DNA of 37,117 nt from Promethearchaeota archaeon (GCA_016839745.1 JAEOTS010000077.1:1-37117), one strand, 5' to 3'. Counted from the stretch's first letter, positions 27,816-36,550 are shown. A program made the numbers and translations. Notes: generated by a model not told the origin, from the letters alone.

Positions 27816-28859
27816 TTATTTGTATCTTATTCGTGGATCTAATATAGAATATAAAATATCAATAAATAAGTTCCCTCCTATAACAATTAATGAAATTATT
27901 ATTACAATCGCATTAATCATCCAGTAATCCCTTTTAACTACCGCTTCTACTGCCATCCTTCCTAGTCCATTATAGTTAAACACAGTTTCTACTAAAAATG
28001 AACCCGCTAATAAACTAGCTATTTGGTATACTATTACTGAAGTAGTAGGAATTAAAGCATTCCTGAGCATATGTTTATTTATAACTATATCTTCCTCGAG
28101 TCCTTTAGCTCGAGCAGTCCTAATATAATCCTGGTCCATCACTTCTAGCATATTTGATCTTGTTTGTCGTGTAATACTTGCAAATGAGACTAGTATTATA
28201 CAAATTGATGGTAAAATCATATGTTTAATAGTATCCATTAATAGGTAATGATTATTTGCCAGAATGCTGTCAATTGTCCTAAATCCGGTTATATATTGAG
28301 GATCTGGCATGCCTATCCCTTTATACCCAAAAAATGGAAATGTAAGTTGGTAATTTGTAAAATCAGGCAATATCTTTCCAACAAAGAGTTGTAACAACAT
28401 TGCTAACCAAAAGGAGGGCAACGCAACGCCACATAAAGCTAATACCCTAATAATTCCATCTTGAAACTTATTACGTTTTATAGCTGATTTTTTACCAAAT
28501 TTAACTCCAATTATTGGTACTAATATCATTGGAAAAATCATTAGTTCAATCGTGCGAGGAAAAACAATCTTAATAACATCTGAGACATGTTCCCCCGGAA
28601 CAACGCTAGCTGAAATTCCAAAATCACCTCTAAATATATTTAATAAATATATTCCTAATTGTACATACCAAGGATCGTTTAATCCTAATTCTTCCCTTCT
28701 TAATTCTATTATTTCTGGGGGAGTACCTATGGGAAAAATGAAATAGGTCGGATCTCCCATCATTAAACGAGACATAATAAAAGTAAGGATAAGTATTAAA
28801 AATATAAGAGGTATGGCAATAAGTACCCTTTTAGCAATATAAGTCAAGAGATTACTCAA
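27816..28859 (-). CDS. oppB: Oligopeptide ABC transporter permease OppB/DppB
   Basis: 'GDFGIS', 'DYIRTARAKGL', 'HMLRNALIP', 'ETVFNYNGLG', 'DILYSILDPRIR'; TTG start. Confidence 0.94.
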   Translation of the reverse strand: MSNLLTYIAKRVLIAIPLIFLILILTFIMSRLMMGDPTYFIFPIGTPPEIIELRREELGLNDPWYVQLGIYLLNIFRGDFGISASVVPGEHVSDVIKIVFPRTIELMIFPMILVPIIGVKFGKKSAIKRNKFQDGIIRVLALCGVALPSFWLAMLLQLFVGKILPDFTNYQLTFPFFGYKGIGMPDPQYITGFRTIDSILANNHYLLMDTIKHMILPSICIILVSFASITRQTRSNMLEVMDQDYIRTARAKGLEEDIVINKHMLRNALIPTTSVIVYQIASLLAGSFLVETVFNYNGLGRMAVEAVVKRDYWMINAIVIIISLIVIGGNLFIDILYSILDPRIRYK

Positions 28860-28918
28860 TTTTGACCATCTTCTCTTTTTTTTTTAATTATATCGTAATA
28901 TAGTCAATATAATGAGGT

Positions 28919-28987
28919 AAAAAAATAAATTATAAGATCTAATTTATTTTTTAATTACTAGTTATCATTTATTGATTTATAAATGTT
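28919..28987 (-). repeat. Left arm of 69-bp perfect inverted repeat; contains the putative oppB-operon TATA box (28976-28983) and operator-like palindrome (28920-28952)
   Basis: Exact reverse complement of 29220-29288, checked base by base. Confidence 0.95.
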
Positions 28988-29219
28988 ATTACACAATTAT
29001 TTTTGAAAAGAACTCTTCAGAACCAAAGAACTAGAAAGACAGGATTATTCTTTTGACAAGAAACAGCAATTACTAGTTGCTAGGAAAAACAAAAAAATAA
29101 GTTTTTCACTAAAAATATTGATTATTAATATAGAATTGCATTATTCTACCTATGCCATATTCTAAAGACCTTACAAATCCCCAAAACATATATAATTCTC
29201 AGAATCAATATTCGGCGAA

Positions 29220-29288
29220 AACATTTATAAATCAATAAATGATAACTAGTAATTAAAAAATAAATTAGATCTTATAATTTATTTTTTT
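29220..29288 (+). repeat. Right arm of 69-bp perfect inverted repeat; contains the putative oppA TATA box (29224-29231) and operator-like palindrome (29255-29287)
   Basis: AACATTTATAAATCAATAAATGATAACTAGTAATTAAAAAATAAATTAGATCTTATAATTTATTTTTTT; internal palindrome AAAAAATAAATTA-N7-TAATTTATTTTTT. Confidence 0.95.
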
Positions 29289-29326
29289 TTAAAATTTGCA
29301 AAATAAACTTTTTAAAGTGGTAAAAA

Positions 29327-31147
29327 ATGAAAAATAGAACTGTATTAAAATTTGGTTTGATTATCTATATCTTACTAGTTGGTATACTCCCTTTCTATCC
29401 AGTTACCGCGACCTCTGTGGATGGGCTTAAAACTTCCGATGCCTATCATACCTTCATTGCTGGAGGAACTCACCCAGAAGCAGTTTTATGGCTTGATCCT
29501 GTTGCAACAATTGAAGGATGGGAAAATAGAATTCAATGGAATGTCGTGGAAAATTTATTTTGGCAAAACACCACTGATCCCGATTTTCCAATGCTGCCTC
29601 AATTAGCAACAAATTACTCTTGGGAAGACTTTCTCACTGTCGTAGTAGATTTGCGCCAAAATGTTACATTTCACGATGGCACCCCCTTCAATGCTTCAGC
29701 AGTAAAATGGAACTTCGATAGGTTAGCCTATTTAATTTCGCAAGGTTTAGGATCATCTATAACCGAGGCATTTTTTGTTCCTGCTGTAATTTTTCTTGGA
29801 ATTCCCGGTGTAGATATCTCTTGGTTTAATTTAAGCAAAGTTATGATCCCCATCATAAATAATACTGAAGTAGTGAATAATTCTCAAATAAAATTTCATT
29901 TAAATGTTCCATTTGAGCCTTTCCCTTCAACATTGATAACTTTACCTAGTGGAATAATATCGCCTACTGCCCATGCTGCATATAATGAAACTTTAATTGG
30001 AATTGATGTACAGAAACTAGTAAGTACAGGCCCTTTTAAATTTGTTTCTCACTCAGTGGTTACTCTTGAGACTATCCTTGTGCGAAATGACGAATACTGG
30101 CAGGATCCAGCATATATAAGCGATTTAATTTTTTCATATTTTCAGGATGAAAGTACGATGTATCTTGCTATGAGTACTGGCGCTATTGACTTTTTGCATA
30201 CTCCAGGTCCGGATTTCACACTTTATGAAAATAGTCTATGTGATATTCTTTATGGTCCCCCGAATCCTAGTTATTTCAGTCTCGTCGCTATGATTGAACA
30301 CAATGTAAATAACACGTTAAGAAAAGCAATTTCACACGCAGTTGATTACGATTATTATATTAATGATTATTTAGAGGGTAAAGTAGTTCGCATTGAAAAT
30401 GTTATAATGGAGGGATTTGATTATCACAATCCTAATGTTCAAACACCTAGGTATAATTTAACATACGCTCGCCAATTGTTGATTTCTGAAGGTATTGCAC
30501 CTCCTGCAGCATCTACTTGGACTGATCAAGATTGGATCGACAGAGCAGAAATTAATCCTTTAGTGAGCCTTAACTTTACCTATATTGCAGGTGTGATGGA
30601 TATTCAGTATCAAATCTTGAGTAATGATTTAAAGGATATAGGTTTCGAGCTTAACGCCGATGGTTTAACAACGGAGCAATATTTGGGCGCGGTTTATAAT
30701 CCGGGGATTCGATCAACCCTCGATTTGCTGTACATCGATTGGGGTTGGGCGGATACAGACCCTGGTCCCTATCTGCTTTTAATGTATATGGCAGATGCTT
30801 TTATGAATTTTCCATTTTACAACGATTCAGCTATTGAAAATGCTATCTGGGGCGCATTCCTTTCTGGCAATGAAACTGAAAAGCAAGGAATATATGATTA
30901 TATTGCAGCATCGATTCATGAAGACTGCCCATACATATATCTCTTTCAAGAGCAATTTAATTATATTATCTCGAGTGAATGGACAGGCATGGAGCTTCGA
31001 ATTGGAGAGCAATACTTTTATACGCTTTATAAAAAACCAGTTGAACAACCTATAGCTGCAATTCCAGGATATTCACTTTATATTATTGTATTAATATCTA
31101 TTGGTACTATAGCCATAGCCGCGAAAAATCGATTTAAAAAGAAATAA
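29327..31147 (+). CDS. oppA: ABC transporter substrate-binding protein, family 5 (OppA/DppA), with signal peptide and C-terminal IPGY-TM-basic sorting signal
   Basis: 'LRQNVTFHDGTPFNASAVKWNFDR', 'STGPFK', 'LRKAISHAVD'; C-terminus 'IPGYSLYIIVLISIGTIAIAAKNRFKKK'. Confidence 0.92.
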   Translation: MKNRTVLKFGLIIYILLVGILPFYPVTATSVDGLKTSDAYHTFIAGGTHPEAVLWLDPVATIEGWENRIQWNVVENLFWQNTTDPDFPMLPQLATNYSWEDFLTVVVDLRQNVTFHDGTPFNASAVKWNFDRLAYLISQGLGSSITEAFFVPAVIFLGIPGVDISWFNLSKVMIPIINNTEVVNNSQIKFHLNVPFEPFPSTLITLPSGIISPTAHAAYNETLIGIDVQKLVSTGPFKFVSHSVVTLETILVRNDEYWQDPAYISDLIFSYFQDESTMYLAMSTGAIDFLHTPGPDFTLYENSLCDILYGPPNPSYFSLVAMIEHNVNNTLRKAISHAVDYDYYINDYLEGKVVRIENVIMEGFDYHNPNVQTPRYNLTYARQLLISEGIAPPAASTWTDQDWIDRAEINPLVSLNFTYIAGVMDIQYQILSNDLKDIGFELNADGLTTEQYLGAVYNPGIRSTLDLLYIDWGWADTDPGPYLLLMYMADAFMNFPFYNDSAIENAIWGAFLSGNETEKQGIYDYIAASIHEDCPYIYLFQEQFNYIISSEWTGMELRIGEQYFYTLYKKPVEQPIAAIPGYSLYIIVLISIGTIAIAAKNRFKKK

Positions 31148-31229
31148 AATATTAAACATTTTTTTTATTTTTATAATTATTATTCTCTTAGAATAAAATA
31201 ATCTAGTTTAAAAAAATCGTGAATTATTA

Positions 31230-31727
31230 TTGCAAGAAAATAAAATTAGTGGAAGGTTTAATGAAAAAAAAAAAAAAGATAGAATTAAATTTGATCTTGG
31301 CAAGCAAGGAGGATATATAATAGCGATTTTAATTATTTATTTTATCTTTTTTGGTTTGATTAACAGTTATTATGGAAGATATATTAATGAAGAACTTATT
31401 TGGTTATATAAGACAATTTTCGAAGTATATTTTGGAATACCCGCATTAATATTATTTCTCACTTGCCTAATTTTAACTTATAAAGAAGACATTTACCATT
31501 ATGGGATAAAAAACTCAATTTGGCTGAACTTTTTTATTTTTACCTTCGCTTTTTCTTGGCATTGGATTTTGAAAGGTTTTTCTTGGAATCCATTTATTTT
31601 ACTTTTTCTAAATTATCAAGGTTATTTATCAATCTTAGTTCTTATTTCTATTTCTATAGCTGGAGCGTTAAGTGGCTGGAAAATAAAACAATATATAATT
31701 AAAAAAAAGAAAGTATCGTTAGACTAA
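31230..31727 (+). CDS. Hypothetical ~4-TM membrane protein, probably co-transcribed with oppA
   Basis: Hydrophobic 165-aa ORF; TTG start; A14 homopolymer near the 5' end makes the start uncertain. Confidence 0.7.
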   Translation: MQENKISGRFNEKKKKDRIKFDLGKQGGYIIAILIIYFIFFGLINSYYGRYINEELIWLYKTIFEVYFGIPALILFLTCLILTYKEDIYHYGIKNSIWLNFFIFTFAFSWHWILKGFSWNPFILLFLNYQGYLSILVLISISIAGALSGWKIKQYIIKKKKVSLD

Positions 31728-31771
31728 TTTTTTTAACGGCAACTTAATTTACGAGACTTTTCAGATCAATA

Positions 31772-33064
31772 TTAGTATAAATTCCACTCACCGTTTATCA
31801 TTATCGGTTCACGAGAATCGTCTTTTAAAATGCCAAAGACATTCATATCCTCTGACCCTATCATAAAATCGATGTGAATCCCACTAATATTTCCTCCAAG
31901 GCTGCTAAACTCATCATCTGTTATTGAATCACCGTTAATCAGATTAGATCTGTGAGCATATCCCAAAGCTATATGACTAGATGCGTTTTCATCAAGAAGG
32001 ATATTATAAAATTGAACATTTGTTTCAGAAATTGGTGAACTGTGAGGAACTAATGCTATTTCTCCCAGTCTACTAGCACCCTCATCAGTGCTCAGTATTT
32101 TTTTGAGATGATTTAAGCCTTTTTCTGTATAAACCTCTTTAACTTCACCTTCAGAAAATATTAATTTAAAATTTTCTATTATTACACCTCTCAAGTACAG
32201 TGGTTTTGTAGAGGTGACAAAACCTTCCACTTTTTTAGTATGAGGGAGAGTATAAACTTCTTCAGTCGGTATGTTAGATATAAATTTAATCCCATTTCTA
32301 CTTTCTTCAGAACTAGTTGTCCACTTATGTTTCTCAGGTAAACCTACCTTCAGTTGAGTGATTGATGAACTAAAAATCAACTCTTTATACTGCTTTTGAT
32401 TAAGATATTCACATTTATGATTCAATTTATTTATGTGTTCATCCCATGCTTGGATTGGGTTTTCACTCTTAATGCGACATATATGAAATAGTGTATCCCA
32501 AAATTTTTCAAGCCTTTTCGTCTTAGGAATTTCTGGAAAAATTTTATCAGCCCAACCTGAAATTGGAGCACTTATTACAACATAATTAGAATAGCTCTTA
32601 GATATTTTCTCATAAACAGGTTTTAACGCATTTAACATAATATTTTGGTAAATGAAAATTAAATCCTGGTCTTCATTTACAAATAAGTCTACATCTTCAG
32701 CATAAATCAAAAGTAACGCATCTCCGTGCTCTACAATATTCTCTATTGCTTCAATTCTCCATTTTGCGTATTCTTCAAAAAATTCGGCTCTAGCTTGCCT
32801 ACATTTTAAAAGCTGAAGTTGATCATCTCTCCAAATGACATCAACTAATTTAGCTCCATTTCTATATGCCTCTTTAGCTAATAACTCTATAAATGAAGCA
32901 AGCTCAATTGATACTCCTATATTATACAAAGATGTAATTAATAATCGCTGACCTGGTTTAAGGTTTAAGCCACATTTAATTATAACTTTAGAATAGTTAT
33001 CCAAATATTGTTTGAATCTTATAGACATTTTCCATACTTCTATTAATATTAGGTGTCTGACCAT
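31772..33064 (-). CDS. M29 family aminopeptidase (AmpS/AmpT/PepS-like)
   Basis: 'NIPTEEVYTLP', 'LGEIALV', 'LLDENASSHIALG', 'SGIHIDFMIG'; likely start is the ATG at 33028. Confidence 0.95.
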   Translation of the reverse strand: MVRHLILIEVWKMSIRFKQYLDNYSKVIIKCGLNLKPGQRLLITSLYNIGVSIELASFIELLAKEAYRNGAKLVDVIWRDDQLQLLKCRQARAEFFEEYAKWRIEAIENIVEHGDALLLIYAEDVDLFVNEDQDLIFIYQNIMLNALKPVYEKISKSYSNYVVISAPISGWADKIFPEIPKTKRLEKFWDTLFHICRIKSENPIQAWDEHINKLNHKCEYLNQKQYKELIFSSSITQLKVGLPEKHKWTTSSEESRNGIKFISNIPTEEVYTLPHTKKVEGFVTSTKPLYLRGVIIENFKLIFSEGEVKEVYTEKGLNHLKKILSTDEGASRLGEIALVPHSSPISETNVQFYNILLDENASSHIALGYAHRSNLINGDSITDDEFSSLGGNISGIHIDFMIGSEDMNVFGILKDDSREPIMINGEWNLY

Positions 33065-33231
33065 ATTAAATTTATTCTTGATTAATTCTATGTTTAATTA
33101 ATTTAAAGCCCTTACAGAGTAGATGTTTTTAACGGCTTCAATGGTGAAAATGGCCATAACTGGACGAATTGCAATATTTCTTTTGAATAAAAGTAAAAAA
33201 TTATTTAATTGCTAAATTATTTCATTTAATT

Positions 33232-34086
33232 ATGAGTAATGATGGATTTAATCAGTTTAAAGGAGACGTAAATACCGAAAGAATCAAATATATTGCCGAT
33301 CCTCAACTAAGAAATATTGTAAACGTTTCTATTGCCTTAGCACGACCTTTATTGGTAAAAGGTGAACCGGGTACTGGAAAAACGTTGTTATCTCATGCAA
33401 TTGCTGAATCTTTGGGAAAAAGACTTATTATATGGAATGTTAAAAGCACAACAGAAGCAATAGATGGGTGTTACATGTATGATACCGTCCAAAGATTAAA
33501 CGACAGCCGATTTGGGTGCGAGGATCGAAATGTTGATAATGTAAAAGATTACATTACTTTCGGACCTTTAGGCGAAGCTTTTGATTCTGATGAACAAGTC
33601 GTCCTTCTTATCGACGAGGTAGATAAAGCAGATATCGAATTCCCTAACGATCTTTTACAAGAATTAGATGTAATGGAGTTTTATGTTAAAGAAACAAAAG
33701 AGTTTGTAAAGGCTAAAACTCGACCAATCGTTATTATAACTTCCAACAACGAAAAAGAACTTCCTGACGCATTCTTGCGTAGATGTGTATTTCACTGGAT
33801 TGAATTTCCATCTAAGGAATTTATGGCAGACATATGTAATCTTCATTATCCTAATTTGAAGCAAAACTTATTGGATCAATGCCTTAAGCATTTCTACGCA
33901 CTAAGGGCTATAACGAAATTGAGAAAAATGCCCTCGACATCGGAACTTCTTGATTGGATCGGTGTCTTGTTAAAAAGTGGAATCAGTTTAGAGGAACTTA
34001 AACAAGGTATACCCTTTTTAGGTGTACTTCTTAAAAAAGAAAAAGACCTTGAGGTTGCTTTAGAAAAAATTAAATTTCCAACATAA
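33232..34086 (+). CDS. MoxR-family AAA+ ATPase
   Basis: 'RPLLVKGEPGTGKT', 'LLIDEVDKADIEFPNDLL', 'ITSNNEKELPDAFLRRC', 'PSTSELLDW'. Confidence 0.95.
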   Translation: MSNDGFNQFKGDVNTERIKYIADPQLRNIVNVSIALARPLLVKGEPGTGKTLLSHAIAESLGKRLIIWNVKSTTEAIDGCYMYDTVQRLNDSRFGCEDRNVDNVKDYITFGPLGEAFDSDEQVVLLIDEVDKADIEFPNDLLQELDVMEFYVKETKEFVKAKTRPIVIITSNNEKELPDAFLRRCVFHWIEFPSKEFMADICNLHYPNLKQNLLDQCLKHFYALRAITKLRKMPSTSELLDWIGVLLKSGISLEELKQGIPFLGVLLKKEKDLEVALEKIKFPT

Positions 34087-34244
34087 AATTATCCAAAATT
34101 TCTTCCTATTTGATAATTATTCTCATAAGTACCATTTTCTTTTTAAAATATAAAAGGGAATTTTATTAGGTTTAGATTTTCTCTAAGAATTGCATTACTT
34201 TATATTGAAAATTTTTTCTACCTTTAATAAAATTTAAAAAAGAG

Positions 34245-34619
34245 GTGAGAATCACGAACGATAAAGAAAAATTCATTCTGTATGTGCAAACTAGCGACGA
34301 TCCTGAGCGCCAGTATTCACCACACGTATTAGCACAGACAGCTAAAGCAATGGATGTTAAAGCACTTATTTACTATATGGGTCAAGGATTAAGAATACTA
34401 AAACCGGGTAAAGCAGAGGAGATTAAAGCGGGAAACTTCCCTACCCTTAAAGAAATGATTGATAAAACGCTTGCGGAAGGTATCGAAATTTTCGTTTGCG
34501 AAGCTTCAAAAAGAATGTTAGGTTGGGAAACAGCTGATTTAATTCCAGGATTGAAAATTGTAGGGGCAGCAACACTGAACGATTTAGTGTTAGAAGCCGA
34601 TGCTACAATGTGGTTTTAA
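34245..34619 (+). CDS. DsrE/DsrF-like family protein
   Basis: 'LYVQTS', 'IYYMGQG', 'GIEIFVCEAS', 'VGAAT'; start codon uncertain. Confidence 0.8.
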   Translation: MRITNDKEKFILYVQTSDDPERQYSPHVLAQTAKAMDVKALIYYMGQGLRILKPGKAEEIKAGNFPTLKEMIDKTLAEGIEIFVCEASKRMLGWETADLIPGLKIVGAATLNDLVLEADATMWF

Positions 34620-34825
34620 TTTTTTCAAAGGATTTAGTGTAAAAAAGAAATAATGATAAACTACCGCAAAATAGACGGTTTTAAACGAACATTCAAGTCA
34701 ATTTTCGTTCGAAACCTGATAAGATATTCAGTTAGCAAAAAAACTTAAAGCTTCTCCAAAAAGCTAATATTGTTATATTAATTATTTTCTAGTATACAGA
34801 ATTGAAGTGAATAAAACTTAGCTAA

Positions 34826-36250
34826 ATGTTTGTTGAATACTTCTATTACCTTAAGGAAAGACTACCGGTCAGTATTACAGAATATATGGCCCTTATTGAA
34901 GCGTTAAATAAAGGGCTCATTCACAATATGGTCGAGTTTTACTACATTTCTCGTTCGATTCTCTGTAAAAACGAGCACCATTTTGATATTTACGATATTG
35001 CGTTCGCTAACTTCTTCAAAAATGCCATCATTAAATTTCCCGATGATATTAAACAAGAAATCTGGGATTGGTTAAACAAGGACATAACTATTCCCGAATT
35101 ACTCGAAGGAATGAAAATTCTACTTAGTGAATACCAACAATATTTAAATATCGAAGACCTTCAACAATTCCTAGAAGATTTGTTGCAGAAGCTCAGCAAA
35201 GATTTAGATGGAAATTTTTTAATTAACGCTCCGCAAGAAGTCAAGGACGAAATCTGGGAATGGCTAAAAAAAAATATGGACTTATCTCAAGTAGATGGCA
35301 ATTTTCAGGAAATGTTAAACCAATTTTTTGACCTTGAACAAATGCAAAAACAATTCGAAGACCTTATGCAAAGACAAGACGAAGAACACAATGGCGGGGA
35401 TCACTGGGTAGGAACTCAAGGAACATCTCCGTTTGGAAATTCAGGACAAAATCCAATGGGAATGCGGATAGGTGGATCGTCAGGGATGCGCATGGCAGTT
35501 CAAATCGCCCAGAAAAGAATATTTTCTGATTATAGAAAAGATGTCGTTTTAGACACTCGCCAAATTAAAGTTGCATTAAAACGCCTTAAAAAGTTAGAGG
35601 AAATCGGAAAACTTGACGAGCTCAATATGGATAAAACCATCGACAAGACGGCGAAAAACGGTGGCGATATCGAAATTATTTTCGAAAAACGCCGCAAAAA
35701 TAACGTAAAACTTGTCCTCTTAATGGATGTTGGAGGAAGTATGACCCCTTATGCGCATCTGGTTAATCTTCTCTTTTCAGCAGCTAATAATATGTCGCAC
35801 TGGAAGGATTTTAAATTTTATTACTTCCATAACTGTATCTATGATAAACTCTACTTTAATGCGCAACGCAATCCGGAGGAAGCTATAGATTTCGAAGATT
35901 TTATAAAAAAATACGATAATAAATACAAAATAGTTATCGTTGGTGACGCTGCTATGGCTTCATGGGAGTTAACAGAACGATACGGCTCGATTTATTATTA
36001 CCACAGAAATGAAATGCCCGGAATTTACTACATTAGAGAAACTGCTACCCATTTCAAAAACAATGTTATTTGGCTTAATCCCGAGCTAATAAGACTTGAA
36101 TGGGTGCCATGGACCCGAAAAATAATATCGAGCATCATCCCCATGTATAATTTGACCGTAGAAGGAATCGAGGAAGCCATGGACTACTTAAGGACTGGTG
36201 GTAAAAACCAATACACTACGATCCAAATGCTAAAAGGATTGAATTACTAG
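34826..36250 (+). CDS. VWA-domain protein (CoxE-like partner of MoxR)
   Basis: 'HNGGDHWVGTQGTSPFG', MIDAS 'MDVGGSM', 'YYFHNCIY', 'IVGDAAM', 'WLNP'. Confidence 0.92.
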   Translation: MFVEYFYYLKERLPVSITEYMALIEALNKGLIHNMVEFYYISRSILCKNEHHFDIYDIAFANFFKNAIIKFPDDIKQEIWDWLNKDITIPELLEGMKILLSEYQQYLNIEDLQQFLEDLLQKLSKDLDGNFLINAPQEVKDEIWEWLKKNMDLSQVDGNFQEMLNQFFDLEQMQKQFEDLMQRQDEEHNGGDHWVGTQGTSPFGNSGQNPMGMRIGGSSGMRMAVQIAQKRIFSDYRKDVVLDTRQIKVALKRLKKLEEIGKLDELNMDKTIDKTAKNGGDIEIIFEKRRKNNVKLVLLMDVGGSMTPYAHLVNLLFSAANNMSHWKDFKFYYFHNCIYDKLYFNAQRNPEEAIDFEDFIKKYDNKYKIVIVGDAAMASWELTERYGSIYYYHRNEMPGIYYIRETATHFKNNVIWLNPELIRLEWVPWTRKIISSIIPMYNLTVEGIEEAMDYLRTGGKNQYTTIQMLKGLNY

Positions 36251-36479
36251 TTTCTTGTAATCTAAAAGAAAAAAATAGGACTAACTCATAGTTAAGATTT
36301 TAGCCATTCTTTTTTTGACTATCTAATAACTAAAATTTAAACCTGGATTTCAGCCCTTTTGAAATATAGCAAATTATCATGATAAGAAGGTTTAAAAAAA
36401 CCTTCAATAGTAAACTTTTAAAACTTCTATTTTAGTAATTTGAAAACTAACTTTTATTTAATTTGTAAAAATACACGAT

Positions 36480-36550
36480 TCCGAAAACCCTTGCAGAGGG
36501 TTAGTTCTCTCCCAACTATGATTTTTTTGAGAGTGTCATTCTAATTCGGA
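36480..36550 (-). promoter_or_regulatory. Structured 3' UTR element of hdrA, SECIS-like candidate
   Basis: Minus strand: UCCGAA UUAGA AUGA CACUCUCAA AAAAAUCAUAG UUGGGAG AGA ACU AACCCU CUGCA AGGGUU UUCGGA, starting ~10 nt after the stop. Confidence 0.4.

Noticed and set aside
12922-33064. Calling the catabolic cluster a genomic island from apparent lower GC
   Set aside because: Impression only; GC and codon statistics were not computed and no mobility genes or att sites were found.
3697-34710. Shared TTAAACGAAC...TTTCGTTC words in the intergenic regions at ~3697-3757 and ~34681-34710
   Set aside because: Spacing differs greatly and the words are short; not distinguishable from chance by eye.
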